Source: Laetmonice hystrix
Lineage: Eukaryota
DNA: 60,000 nt
Assembly (NCBI GenBank): GCA_965235115.1
Contig: OZ249436.1
Coordinates: 35,156,001 to 35,216,000 of the forward strand
Direction: 5' to 3'
A model generated the notes under the pieces. The model did no database searches, was not told the DNA's origin, and worked only from the letters and a program-made list of their open reading frames with translations. Position 1 is the stretch's first letter. The number at the start of each line of letters is the position of its first letter. Shown here piece after piece: positions 21,860-34,588 of the stretch. A program made the position numbers and the translations under genes.

Positions 21860-24116
21860 TAGTGGTTGGAAATAAACACCCCCCCCCCCCCTCCCCCATT
21901 CCAAGAACTCATGTCGAGCATGACAGCCGTGTCAAAATCACCGGCTTCAGCAGCGCCGCCATTGTGATACTGTCTGGAAGTCCGTTGACGTCACAGTGTT
22001 CCGGTCGTCTCGAGACGTACCTGTTCCGGTCTAGATCTATTTGCATGCTGCTGTCTACCAGCAAGCAAGCGGACCGATCCTGAATCAATCGAGGCCGGCG
22101 TTGAATCTGTGAACATCATGGCGGCCATGGCGGCCATCAGCCCAAAAGAAGGCTGGGGGCAAGATCCGTTACGTGACGTTGATTTCAAATATACGGTTTG
22201 ACAGCAGGATTTATTGGAGTAAATTGTACCACAGGCATACATATGGACGTATTTAATCATTCAGTGTAATATGAGTTCACATCTGAGCGGTAGGTAACAG
22301 ATTAAACGCGACGGACTGACGGGGACTGTAAACCCTCCGTTTTCATAAGGGATCGTCGTCCGTCGTTTTGCCGAATCGAATTGTGCGGAGACTGGGCGTG
22401 AATTGCAGCATTTCAGCCGCCAGTAGATAGATATATAAACTGATGTCGGCTAAATCCCTTAACCAATCAAAGAATTTTCTTTGTAATATAACTATCATTA
22501 ACCCTAACCCTTTTTGTAAAAGCTAACTAAACGCAACAGGTCTGTGGGGGCCCAGTCGGGCTGAGCCCCGTCAACACCACACCTGCGAGGGTAGAACAGG
22601 AAGCTGAAACCCACGGCGGTCGAATTCCGTGTACACCTTGATGTAGGCCTACACGCTGATGTCGGTGACTCCTCATCACTATCGATGGTTTCCGTGTAGG
22701 TTCTAAGAAATATGGCTGTAGGCTCTCAACATTTCCCTGGAATTCATATTCGCTACATTCCGAACCGCAATCTCCCATAGGCCTAATGCAGAGGGGCTTG
22801 CTTCACTTAAAAGAAAAGACCATCGCCAGTCTGTATAGGCCAGGCACACATGCCGTGATATTCTAAGCAAGTTAAAGCAAGTTAAGCCCTAGGCGAGCAT
22901 GCGCAGCACGACTGCTCTCCAGTTTGGGAGGAACTGAAAGCTGACGCACTTGTTGCGTTGATCGATTTGGAAGGCAGCGAACGTTGACAGCTTATAAGCA
23001 AAATTTGTTAGAACATAGCTGAAAACCACCGATAGTGATGAGGAATGGCTAGGAAAAGCCTACTGATGTCAGGGGACATATCAGGGTGGACACGGATCTG
23101 GGCAGCCGTGGGTTTCGGCCGTCTGCATTCGTCCCACTTGGATTCGTGCATGCGTGGGATGTTGACTGGAGCTCTGGCCCCATTCGGGACTCCCTCGGGC
23201 ATATGACGTCACTTCCTGCTATTCGAATATACCCTCGGGTGGAATAGCGGCCATGTTTGGCAACCAGATACACCGCCAAATGGAGGTGTGTAGCGAGGCA
23301 CTGAGTGAACCGTCATATCCCATCGAGCCAGGAAGTAGTGCATTATTGACACCCGCTCCTTCGGCGTTGTATGTGCAAATATAAATTTCTGGTATGAAGG
23401 GGAACGTTTGAAGAAGAAAAATGAATCACCCAATTTACCTAAATGGGCGTCAATACGGTAATTTATTAAATTCTGGGAAGCAATATGGCCGCGCCCATAT
23501 ACGACACGCGTACGACACTGGCCCGACACATGGTAGGACTACTTGTAATCATGTTGTAATTTAAGTTGTATCATGACATGATACTATTGTAATATTGCCC
23601 ACTGACTTCGGGGAAAGCATTGTAGGCCTATTTTAGTTGCTTCCATGCCTGATGCAGAAAAAATACTGCAAGCACTGCCATGCTGTCGAGAGTCCCGGCT
23701 AAATGTACCCGAGATGCAATGCTCAAAATGGCACCTGTTTCACCCGAGGCTACTTTCGAAGATATGGCCGAGGATTCCCGAATGCTCTGGCCCCTGAGGC
23801 CCGGCGCCACTCTGACTACGACCGCGAGCAATGGCAGTGTCAGCATGGTCAGCACAGACCTGCTGCGTTTAGTTGTGACTGTGCCTGTGACTGTGGGACT
23901 GACCCCCGTCGATTTGCCACCCGCCTCGGCTGCCTTTAGCCTAGTATTATAAAGTATAGCCTAGCCCTGGCATGCAAAAGATTAGCCCTGGAACGTCACT
24001 TCCGGTCAGCCCAATAGCAACAAATGGCTGCGCTGCTGAAGCCAGTGATTTTGACACGGTTGTCATGTTCAATATATGACTTCTTGGAATAGGGGGACAT
24101 TTATTTCCAACCACTA
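21860..24116. mobile_element. 2.26-kb element with about 95-bp TIRs, TAG...CTA termini (Academ-like)
   Basis: TAGTGGTTGGAAATAAA...ATTCCAAGAA...CATGACAGCCGTGTCAAAATCACCGGCTTCAGCAGCGC (21860-21957) is mirrored at 24030-24116. No clear TSD. Confidence 0.72.
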
Positions 24117-24859
24117 CTCTGAAAGGTGAGTATATATAGAGGCCTTGCAGCTGTCCAAATGTGATTTTTGACTGGTCACTCTGCCACACATGACTTTTTA
24201 CGGGCAAAATCGGGGCCCTACGCGTTTAACCCCGTTTTTACAAAGTCGGCCGTCCTGTATGGTAGGCCTATAGGCCCTAGATCTGTAGAATTTAACGTAC
24301 CTCTCAATCCCAAAACGATATTATACTAAGGGAGATTCACCGTTCAAGAGAAATACCTGATGAAATACATTTGTGGAGGGAAATCAGCTAATTTCAAGTC
24401 GGTTGGCCAATTTCGGGATGATTCGAAATACTTCGGATGTTTCGCACCGGGTACTCCCCTAGTATATTTACCGTTCGAACATAGCGGCTGCAGATGATTT
24501 CTTCGAAGATTTGGATGTTTGTGTGGCATCAACAAGAGTGCCGCAGCAAAATCGAGCAGCCACGATTCGAGCTCGGCAATGTTCCACTGTCCCGGTCGGG
24601 GATTCAACAGCAGTACCCAATGTGTGGCAGAGATTGAACGAAGGGAACGATCTCTGTCCGGAAAGTGTTCGAAGCTCTCAGTTCGTCCCTAACTGGAGAG
24701 CAGTCGTGCTCTGATTGGTCAGACACTGTGACGTCAAATCTTTTTTTTAGGAGAAGTTTACTTTTATTTTTCCTACTTCGTTCCCCTATACAATCAGATT
24801 TAAGTAGAGTAAAAAGACCGTTGCTATGTCTATACTGCTGTCACTGGAGTTGAACTGCA

Positions 24860-24975
24860 AGTACGGCCGAACCTCGAAAATCAATGATTTCCCAAACCCT
24901 GTGGGCAAATTCCCCATAGTGTTTCCTCTACAGGCATTTTGAAGGCACATCAGCTGCTTCGGTTTCAAGAAGGGG
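24860..24975 (-). pseudogene. RecQ-like SF2 helicase N-terminal fragment (Q motif plus Walker A), probably transposon-derived
   Basis: LKPKQLMCLQNACRGNTMGNLPTGFGKSLIF fits the RecQ pattern L-K/R-x-x-Q...LPTGxGKSL. Similarity stops right after motif I. Confidence 0.7.
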
Positions 24976-25217
24976 TCATGGGTCACATGACTTTCGAATA
25001 TCCTATGACGTCAGACAGTCAGGAATCCGGTGCCAAGATGGTGGCCAGTACCGAACCCTATTTGCCATTCTTCCACCGCAGCGCCATCTCTCTTCATTCA
25101 AACGCAGTATCGCCGGAAGTAGTCAGAGTGCCTATTTGCGCGTAGCCACCTAGGGGTAGGGAACCAAACTAGGCATGGAAACGTTGGAAATCCCCCCCCC
25201 CCCCCCACGACATAGCA

Positions 25218-26484
25218 CACTCTCAGAAAAAAAAGTTCAAAGTAGAACCATTTAAGGTTCTTCAACTTATGTCTGTAGGAGAACCCTTAAGAGTTCTAAG
25301 AAGAACCATTTTAAAATGATTCTATATAGAACCATGGAGGAAGGGTTCTGTAAAGAACCTTTTCAAAAGGGTTCTGCCAGAGACATGAGTTGAAGAACCT
25401 TCTTATAGAACCTTTCCTCAGTGGTTCTATATAGAACCCTTCCTCCGTGGCTCTATAAAGAACTCAAAAAGGAACCTTTATAAGGTTCTTCATAGGACCA
25501 TTCCTCATGGTTCTATAAAGAACCATTTTATTTGTCTATAATAGACATAAAATAAACCAATAGGCCTACTGATCTAAACTAGTTTAGAACCAGTATTAGT
25601 GCGAACCGTATGGCCTGGTTGTATAAAAGTTCAAACGTCTGCAGCCTAAGCCAGCTACTCCGTCTGAAAATATCGACTGTCTATACCAAGGAGTTAACAT
25701 AAAGTCTTCTGGCCTCCAAAGATGGTGTTTTGTCGACAATGTTGATGAATCACGCTTTATAATTAGGTCACTATTTGACCTTCCACTCAACACCATATGA
25801 CAAAGGCTGTATTAATATTATTATTAATTTATGCCATGGTCGCATTAGCCGGCGTTCACATGTAGGCCCCTATTATGACATGTTGGGGTAGAGAGTCAAC
25901 TCCTGCTTGGCTACTTTTATGGAACCCTTTTTTCTGGAAGAGTTCTACATGGAACCCTCAGCATTTCTAAGAACCCCTAAAAACGTACTTTGGTGCTCTA
26001 TAGAACCCTTTTGAAAAGGTTCTTTACGGAACCCTTCCTCAGAAATTAGCTCTCATATCTTGTGTTCCAAAGAACCATATACATTTGTATTATGTTTTGG
26101 AACCATGGACAGTTCTTTCAAGACCCTGTAAAAACCCTTTTCCGGTAACGGTTCTGTATGGAACCATCAGCATTTCTAAAGAACCCCCTCTCCTGAAAGG
26201 GTTCCGTATGGAACCCTCAAGATTTCTAAAGAACCATGGTGGAACCATTTTTCTTGAACGGTTCTGTATGGAACCATCAGCATTTCTATAAAGAACCCCC
26301 TCCCCTGAAAGGGTTCTGTATGGAACCCTCCAGATTTCTAAAGAACCATGATAGAACCATTTTTCTTGAACGGTTCTGTATGGAACCATCAACTTTTTCA
26401 AAGAACCCTTTTTCCTGAAAGGGTTCTACATGGAACCATCCACATTTCCAAAGAACCCTCGTAGAACCCTCATTTCTGAGAGTG
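25218..26484. mobile_element. CACTA/EnSpm-like non-autonomous element with GAACC subterminal repeats
   Basis: CA|CACTCTCAGAAA pairs with TTTCTGAGAGTG|CA (2-bp TSD). Dense GGTTC/GAACC repeats in both arms, including a duplicated unit of about 119 bp near 26150-26450. Confidence 0.88.
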
Positions 26485-29400
26485 CATTCGAGGCTTTTCA
26501 TTAGCTGGTATTCAATTTCTGAGTCTGACCCAATAAATTTACCAATACCGACACAGACTGTCAGAAAGCGCACAAGTAGGGTTCATTCAAATAGAACCAT
26601 CCTTAACCTTACCTTAAAGAGGCAGGTAAAATTCCTCATTAACGTACCTTTAAACACCAGTAACACCATGTGAAGTGTCTAAGGTCGCGCCGATAAGTGG
26701 ATACTCGACTTTTAAAAATACCGTCTGGGTCATTCGCTATTTTCACACGCTACGCCGCCACTGGCTTCATCGGACACTCACTCACTCTCTACGACTGCAC
26801 TACTGACTGTGTACTCTTACCGCTGACAGCAGACAGCTTTCCTTTCTCTCTTCACACCCATATTGGGGCATGTTAACAAATACAGAGTTTGTGGGCGGCT
26901 ATCGTTGCAACCCTCTCTGAAATCGTCAATGAATCTGCCGCCATCACGGGCATGTTTCTGGTAAAAGTGGAATCGCAGTGGGACGGGAATAGCGTCACTG
27001 TGACTGGGAATCTGCGGGGTTCGTTCCGCCTGGTGGCTAAATATTCGTGGACAAGTAGGGCAGACAAGCAGACGAAGTCAGCGGGAGAATGCCTAGCTAC
27101 ATTTCATTTGATTATTCCTTTATTAAAGATCAGACCATCACAGGATTGCAGGTAGGAACAAGCTTGTTCATGCTGAACACCCTTATATTGATAGTTTGAA
27201 CTTTTCTATGGCCAACCCTATTACCGAGGGGCGTACATCTGGCCGGAGGGAGGGGGAGGCTGAGTTTCTTTTCACTTTGACTCCGCAGCCAATCAGAAGC
27301 CTCTAAATATTCCGTATTGCTATGTCGTTTGGGGGAAAAAATCGCCGGTCACTTGGTGGAATTCCGGATATTGCCGTCAGCCGACCGACACAGTGCATGG
27401 ATATAACAATCATGGAAAACGATCTTGAACAAGATGTAGATCTAAGCTGTCAGTTATTGTGCAGTAAATATAAGACTTTGAAGTTGAAGTCATCATCTTT
27501 GAAAATATAAGGACGTAAAATGTCCTTGCCTGAACGTTTCTGGCGGTTCACGCCTAAATTATTACTTCTTTGGCTAATTTGAAATTATTTGGGACTGCTA
27601 AATGATCTTTTCAAAATACGATGTGTCAGCTGTATAGTCTGGACCGTCACTGACTCTGCGGCGCTATAAATTGAACAACGGTAACCTCCGACAGGTTTTC
27701 GGCCTAAACTTATATATGTCCGGGAGACAATAGATCCTTTATCTATTGTCTAGTTTCATTATCTTTTCGCCAACACGGCATAAAACTACCAACTCTCACT
27801 TGCCTTGCAAAGCCTCTCTCTTAATTTGGCCTACAAATATTTTTCACCTCAGTCATATGTACTTGAATCCCTATATATGCAGACGGCGATTACCTTTGAC
27901 GAGTTCTCAGTATGGGCGGTGTTTTACCGATTCTTGCCACGTGCAATATGCAGGTACCGGTAATTATATGGAGGACTGACACTCGGGATGGGCCGGGTAC
28001 GTAGCTTACTGCCAGGAGGGCAGTACAATGTCGGGTGTTCACGGTCACATCTAACGCTAAGCGTACGTACCGTGGAGCCATTTTTGTAAATTGCTTTCAT
28101 GGGGGCATATAAAATCCTCTTCCTTTCAAGTACGGACGTCGTGCCGGATTCCCTAATCAGGGGGTTCAACAACGTTCTACGGCTTGCCTCTCGCGAAGTC
28201 TCATCACAACATATATACCTACTGTCCTGAGCCTCCTCGAGGCTGCACTGATTTTGGCTTTTTTTAGTATTAGGCCTCAATAGTGACAGAACGCCCATAT
28301 TGGAACCGGTCAAGAAACAGTTCAGGATTCGTCCCTCCATGATTCCCTTACTCAATGTTATATCCTTCGACAACCGACATTGAGCTAAACGGGCTCAAAT
28401 AAACCACGCAGCCGTAATAGAAAAAGTCACAAATGTTGGACTATGGCAAAGAAACCGAAGAAGGAAACTTCAGCGGTTCTAAGCAATGTTCTTACACCGA
28501 ACTGTCCGCCAAAGATGGTGCTTTGATTCATGCCTGGTTGGCATCAATTTCCCGCGTCCCGATAAAGGAAAGATTACCATTTCTAATCCCTCAGCCAGTG
28601 GGGAATTGAAGAACCAGTTTCTTCGGTCAGCCGTGATGATTTGATTAAGGTTAGCATCATGTCAAATCAACCCTTTGCCCATAGAAAGGGGAACCAATTT
28701 AAATCCCTTCGGAGACCTCGTTCCGCGTATCTCGGAAACCAGTTAACCAGTTATGCCTACTGGCACAACTCTCCTTCACATAGATTTTTGATACTCTATA
28801 CCATGGTTATATGCAGACAACAAAATCTAAAACCAGCCTTCTATTATTTTTATAAAAAAAATCTTCAGGAAATTATATCTACCTCTGAAGCGGCGCTATT
28901 TTTTGTTCAGGTTTCATTGCTAGTGTCTGCTTCAATCAGCGGTAGATCTATATGACTAACCTGGTGAATAACCTTGTGTTTCTCCTATATTACTGATGCT
29001 CACAAGATAATGTACGATACATGTACAGGATAGTTATTATGGCCTACTCATTATTCTAACAAACATTATAATCTGTAAGGTGGCACTGCGACGCAGATAT
29101 TTTCAGTTCAGTAGCCTAGGCCTTCCAGAACCTCGCCAACTATAGCTTTGGTATTCTAAAATCGTTTAGGCCTATCTGGTGCCTCTTGGTGTACAATCAT
29201 CACACCCCTCCGTTTTCCCGCATCACGTGACCTGTGACTGACGCCGCCTGTGTCGATGAGCTGCCTATATGGACGACGGGTTGGTTGTTAGTGGTAATAG
29301 ACATATTAGCGACTGTGGTAGGCCCCCACTAACATCTTCGTACACGGTGAATGATATGCCGATCCTGAAGAAAAGAACACAAAAGCGAGACATCAGGTCC

Positions 29401-29742
29401 CAAGGAAGACACCTATATATAGCACTATAATGACAGTTGTCAGGAATCAACAGTTGTGGGAAGGTCGCGAAATGGCAAAGTGCAGCGCGAAATTGGTCAA
29501 CCCACAAAGTGCCTCGAGCGGTTTAGTAGGCTACAGGCCTATACCTCGATCGGTACTCATTCAGGGATCGAACACTGAAAGCATGGACAGGGGTTAATTG
29601 CCACAGGGGAGGGTGAATGAGAAAAGATGTAGGTCTCCTCTATAGGGAGAGCCTATATTGTAGGGCCTATAGGGGTCCTCATAAATAATAAAGATGGAGC
29701 GATCGCGAGTCTGTCCCTGCATGTGGATTGTATAGGATTTAA

Positions 29743-30099
29743 AGGGAAATGTGAGTGTTCGACGAAATTTGATCACTAGAATTTTCAATATATTTTAATG
29801 GGGATAGCCTTTGTCCTTGGGAGTACAAAGAAACAAAAAAAAATCATATGATTTTCACGGAATAAGATTTTTTATACGGGATTTTTCAGACATTTTTAAA
29901 AAACGACGACTGATTCTCCAGAAACTCTGTGACAAGATAAAGTGGATCCCAAGGACTAATAGTTTAAAACAAAAAAAATGCGGTCACTGAATTAAAAAAA
30001 GTTACAGCCTGCATTTTGCTGTTAAAGCTCACTACGCGGCGCTTTTAACCCTCACATTTCCCCAGTAGTACCAACGCGACTCACTACGCATCCTTCCCT
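29743..30099 (-). mobile_element. Deleted, inverted second copy of the Kolobok-like element at 20635-21213
   Basis: TTAA|AGGGAAATGTGAGTGTTCGA...TTCCCT|TTAA. The interior is the reverse complement of blocks of the first copy (GGGATAGCCTTTGTCC, AAAGCTCACTACGCGGCGCT). Confidence 0.88.
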
Positions 30100-30473
30100 T
30101 TAAGCTTGCCAGATTAATGGGACAATATTATGTGGGTCTCAATTCGCGCCCCACCCCTTTTGATTGAAAAAATGTATGCAGTTCACCATTCCAGGTAAAC
30201 GTGTTTGCCGTGGTTTCGACATCATGAGAGAGGACGGGAACGGGATCTGGGATGAATGGGAAGTGTTTTCCTCACAAAACTTGATGGCTCCTAACAGGAC
30301 TGGAGGTCATAGCTTGGTTCCCGCCTCCCGTGTAGGTGGCGCTATACACGGTACACCAGTAGGTTGCGGAACAAGGCTATGGAGGTCACACCACGGAACG
30401 CTGTGTGAAATAGGCATTGAACACAATTTAATGAGAGGGAGATGTACGCCTATATAAGGAGCACGTGTAGGAC

Positions 30474-30842
30474 GGGAGGTGCGGCTTTAAGGTGGTAGGT
30501 GCGACTGTGGGCGGGATCGAGGTGCGGCTTTTTGGTGGGAGGTGCGACTGTGGGGCGAGTGGTGCGACTGTGGGGCGGGAGGTGCGGCTTTGGGGTGGGA
30601 GGTGCGGCTTTGGGGTGGGAGGTGCGACTGTGGGGCGAGTGGTGCGACTGGGGGGCGGGAGGTGCGATTGGGGGGCCGGAGGTGCGACTGGGGGGCGGGA
30701 GGTGCGACTGGGCCATGGGACGGGAAGTGCGGCTTTGGGGCGGGAGGTGCGACTGGGGGGCGGGAGGTGCGACCGTGGGACAGGAGGTGCGGCTTTGGGG
30801 TGGGAGGTGCGACTGGGGGGGGGGGGGCGGGAGGTGCGACCT
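30474..30842 (+). repeat. G-rich minisatellite, about 20-bp unit (GGGAGGTGCGACTGGGGGGC and variants), about 18 copies
   Basis: Directly visible; generates the spurious ORFs in all frames at 30428-31045. Confidence 0.93.
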
Positions 30843-31812
30843 GCACCTACAGGAGTGATAACCATTGTCGGACATGCCAAGCAAGGTGTCAGATTGGTGA
30901 GTGTTTCGACAATCAGATTAGCATGTTTGGTCACGGGAAACCTTTTGAGGTGTCGGTCGGAAGTCAATATGTCGGATATTTCAAGCTAAATGCAGTTGGT
31001 TTTTCCAGTGTCGGATTATCTATAGGTTCGACTGTAGATCGTTAGGCCTAATAACCAGACCTTCGTCAGTTTGGCCCACAAGTAGGCCTAGCCGCATGGT
31101 CGTCAGTGTATAAGTACGATACCTGGTATAGCGCCTCATATTCTTTGAGACATAGATCATTAATGAGACAGTTCGCTATGTACAGAGACATCTATGGGTC
31201 TAATTATTTCCCAGATGAGACCCACTGAACAAAAATGATTAGCCTGAGAAATTCTCGTGATAAAATCTTGTCAGAAGCTAATTAGGCCTAATGAATATAG
31301 CATGACAGCGCATGGTCCTGAGTGTGAGGCCTATTATGCCATGATAAAAGGGCCTAATATATAATTAAGCCTAATATGCGCGAGCTGTATAGGGGGGCTA
31401 AACATGTAGGCCTATGCATAACGTTTCTTTAATATTTGATATAGAATACTAGGCATAGGCCTATATCCAAGCTAAATTAATTTCTTAGGCATAGGTCGAA
31501 TCACACCGGCTTTAGGCCTATAGAATAGGCCTATAATATAGAACTGCCTCCAAAAAATGTGTATGCCTAAACTTGTGAATTTCAACGATATGAAAGACAT
31601 CTTGCAAAAATGCCTTATGTAGGCCGCTAGGCCTAAAGGTCAAAGGATTTTACTAAAAATAGCAACAATAGGTACCTACATGCCTTTGGTAGGCCTAGCT
31701 ATATATGCCCTTCGATCTAACCATAACCATAAACCAGCACAAAATTGTTCTTCAATTTTGTAAGTTCTAAATCATTGCAACCATTACAACCCTCTCTTTT
31801 TACAAACCTTAA

Positions 31813-32342
31813 AGGGGCATGCTATGAAGCACGTTTTTGAGGATTTTCGGCAATTATCTAACATGACCGTGTACTAGGGATCCAAGTAAATAATCCTACC
31901 ACAGCATTTTGTCCTCCGACGTGTTTTCGCTGCGTATGCAGCACAAGTATATTCTATACGACCAAACCTATAGATTTCTCCCGATAGCACATCTCCCACC
32001 ATAATTTGCTATAGACAACCTCCCATCAACCTGTGTAATTGCATACTGTGTCACATCCTGCGTGTGCACTCTCTGCATGTGCTTAGTCACGTGCTTCGCT
32101 TAGTTGTAAACAATTCAGCAGTTGCACGCGATCGTCCGGCATCAGAATGCCACCCAAAAAATATTTTACGAAATCAGCAGAAAAGCGGGCAAGGGAGCTT
32201 CATAAACTTCGATTTCTCACACAAAATGAAACTGATAAGTCTGTCTTTGTTTACCAAGCAATATTAATGACGGATCTCTTTATGAAAACAGCAAAAGTTC
32301 TTTGAAATACCGATTTTTCACGTTTCCTCATAATATGCCCCT
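31813..32342. mobile_element. Kolobok-like MITE (TTAA TSD), second family
   Basis: TTAA|AGGGGCATGCTATGAAGCACGT pairs with ACGTTTCCTCATAATATGCCCCT|TTAA. Confidence 0.8.
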
Positions 32343-33614
32343 TTAACTCACAGAAAGGTCAACAAAGGTCAGGGAAAGATCGAACTGACCCTCCTATGTG
32401 TGTTGCTAATTAATAATTTCAATTTAATGGATAGGCCTAGCCTATAGAGTCTAGACCTATTCGCTGGCGAGTTTTGACCAATTTTGCAAGTTTTATGTCT
32501 ACCCCCACCCCCTACATGATAAGATCGCAACAGATTTGCACCAATTACAGTCTAGGGTAACTTTTTGGTCCAAAAAAAGCTGGAAATCTGGCAAAAACCG
32601 GAAAAATCACAGGCCTCTACAGGTTAAAACGTGAACCCCCTTAATAGTTTAAGCTAAACTGAAGTTATAGGCCTACCGGCTGACCCCCATCTCAGTTATT
32701 ATTAATCCCCGACCCCTCTCCTGCTGCCTCTCCGCGCAAGTGTGGTGGCGCCGCCTGTAGGATTGAATGACCTATAAATAAACATAAATGTTGTTCACCA
32801 GGTGGCAGGATTGTATTTCCGTCCATCTCTTCCCTCCATCTGTGTTGGACAGACCGCTGGTGGAGGCACAGTCTGCAAAGAGATGAAGTTGATCAGTTTA
32901 TCCACAGTTCTATCAGAGAGGTTTATCAAAGAGATGACATTTCTGTATCGGCGGCGGGTTTATTAATTAGGTCATAGCCAAATATTTCCAAATATGATCA
33001 AAGTGAGTCTCCACATTGCCCCTCATTAGTAAGCTGAGCTGATTCTGTTGTATGACTTCGTCCCTTCGTGTACACGACGATTGACGTCGTAGAATTACGC
33101 CTATAAAATAATCCGGCTCTGGCCTGGGCCTGGTTGCTGACCTTCTGAAGTCGGCAAGGCAAAGCAAAGGTGGCCCAAAACTGGGAGAAAGAGGCAACGC
33201 AAAATCAAAGGCAAGGTACTGAAATGTTACTTTCGGTAAAATAGTGTCTAGATGTCTAAAGAAGTGCCCATAATTAAAACAGATAATTCTGTCTCAAACA
33301 ATAAACTAGCATTTCTGATAGATTATAATTAATACACTACTCAATACATTCGGGATTCCCGCAGTCATTCCCGACTAAGCCAGAACTATTTCAATTTTTG
33401 ATGATGGATGGCCAAGATCAAAATGTACCGTAATAAAATGTCTTACGTAATATCCCAATTAAATGATAGTCATTTGCTATTTACCACCATAGCTATGAAA
33501 GTAAAAGCCTGTTCCACACCTGTGCCCCTTGCATGTCCTTTGGTTCCACCAGTACTGTACGTATAATTTAGGTTGGACATGTTATTATAGTGAGTGAGAA
33601 CACTGCGAGAGGAG

Positions 33615-33738
33615 ATGTCAAATTTGCTGAGACCAGATGGAGATGACAGTGAGGAGGAGACGGAGGAGGATTGGAACCAAAGCTTAGAAACCCTGGCACC
33701 AACCTACAACCAGGGAACAGAGACAGTATCCAAACCCA
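33615..33738 (+). CDS. POLI: DNA polymerase iota, coding exon 1 (acidic N-terminus)
   Basis: MSNLLRPDGDDSEEETEEDWNQ... resembles the acidic, Trp-containing N-terminus of Pol iota. The only phase-1 donor before the stop is A|GTGTGT, which is weak, so the boundary is less certain. Confidence 0.6.
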
Positions 33739-34092
33739 GTGTGTAACAAATCTTACCCATTGGTTTGTACAGGTAGAAATAACTACTTAGACCAAATGTT
33801 CCGGAGACTTTGCTACATTTTGGGATACAGTTTTAAAACATTAGGTAACAGTTATAAAAAGAAAATATTTATATACAAATAATTGGAATTGCATAATCAT
33901 GTCCCATATCAGCTAAGCTGGATAGCCCATGGATGTTGATATAATGGGACCACTTTGCATTGAGACAGTCCCCCAGTTGGCAGAACCTAGAATTATATTC
34001 AAGCGCTTTTCTCTGAGTAGATATAAACTGGTTGCATGCATTATTGTACATATATATTAATAACACCGTTACTTACTCTGCCTTTTGTTTAG

Positions 34093-34218
34093 CTCTCCCA
34101 GAAGGTGTTTCAAGCTGTTGCTCAGTCCACACAAGAGCAATCATTCACATTGATTTAGATTGCTTCTATGCTCAAGTTGAGATGATTCGAAACCCAAGTC
34201 TTAGAAATAAACCATTGG
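34093..34218 (+). CDS. POLI: DNA polymerase iota, exon 2
   Basis: RAIIHIDLDCFYAQVEMIRNPSLRNKPLG, Y-family motif I with catalytic Asp and steric-gate Tyr. TTTAG acceptor, G|GTAAGT donor. Confidence 0.95.
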
Positions 34219-34588
34219 GTAAGTATTGGAGTTCATAGAATTTTAACACTAAATATACTCTCATTATTGTACCAGAGCTTTGCCATTAGAAGTTGCTTAA
34301 TATTTGTATTTGGTTACTGAATTCCAATGTATAGAATTTCCCCGGAAATTACTTTTAAATAAAGAAGTAAGGAGTAAACTCCTACAGACTCTCATATTGT
34401 GATGTTCATCCATACACCAGTGGTTTTCTGTTATCATGTGCCATTCACTTCACTCGCCCATTATTGTAACATTTCTAAATGTTCCTTGTGTGGAAACCAC
34501 TGCCTTAAGGTGCTCATAACCCCCTGGTATATCAAGAATGAAACATATATCTAAAAACATTGTACAATATGAAAGTATTTTTCTACAG

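Noticed and set aside
30428..31045. Pro-rich and Gly/Arg-rich ORFs of 119-179 aa in six frames
   Set aside because: Artefacts of the 20-bp G-rich minisatellite.
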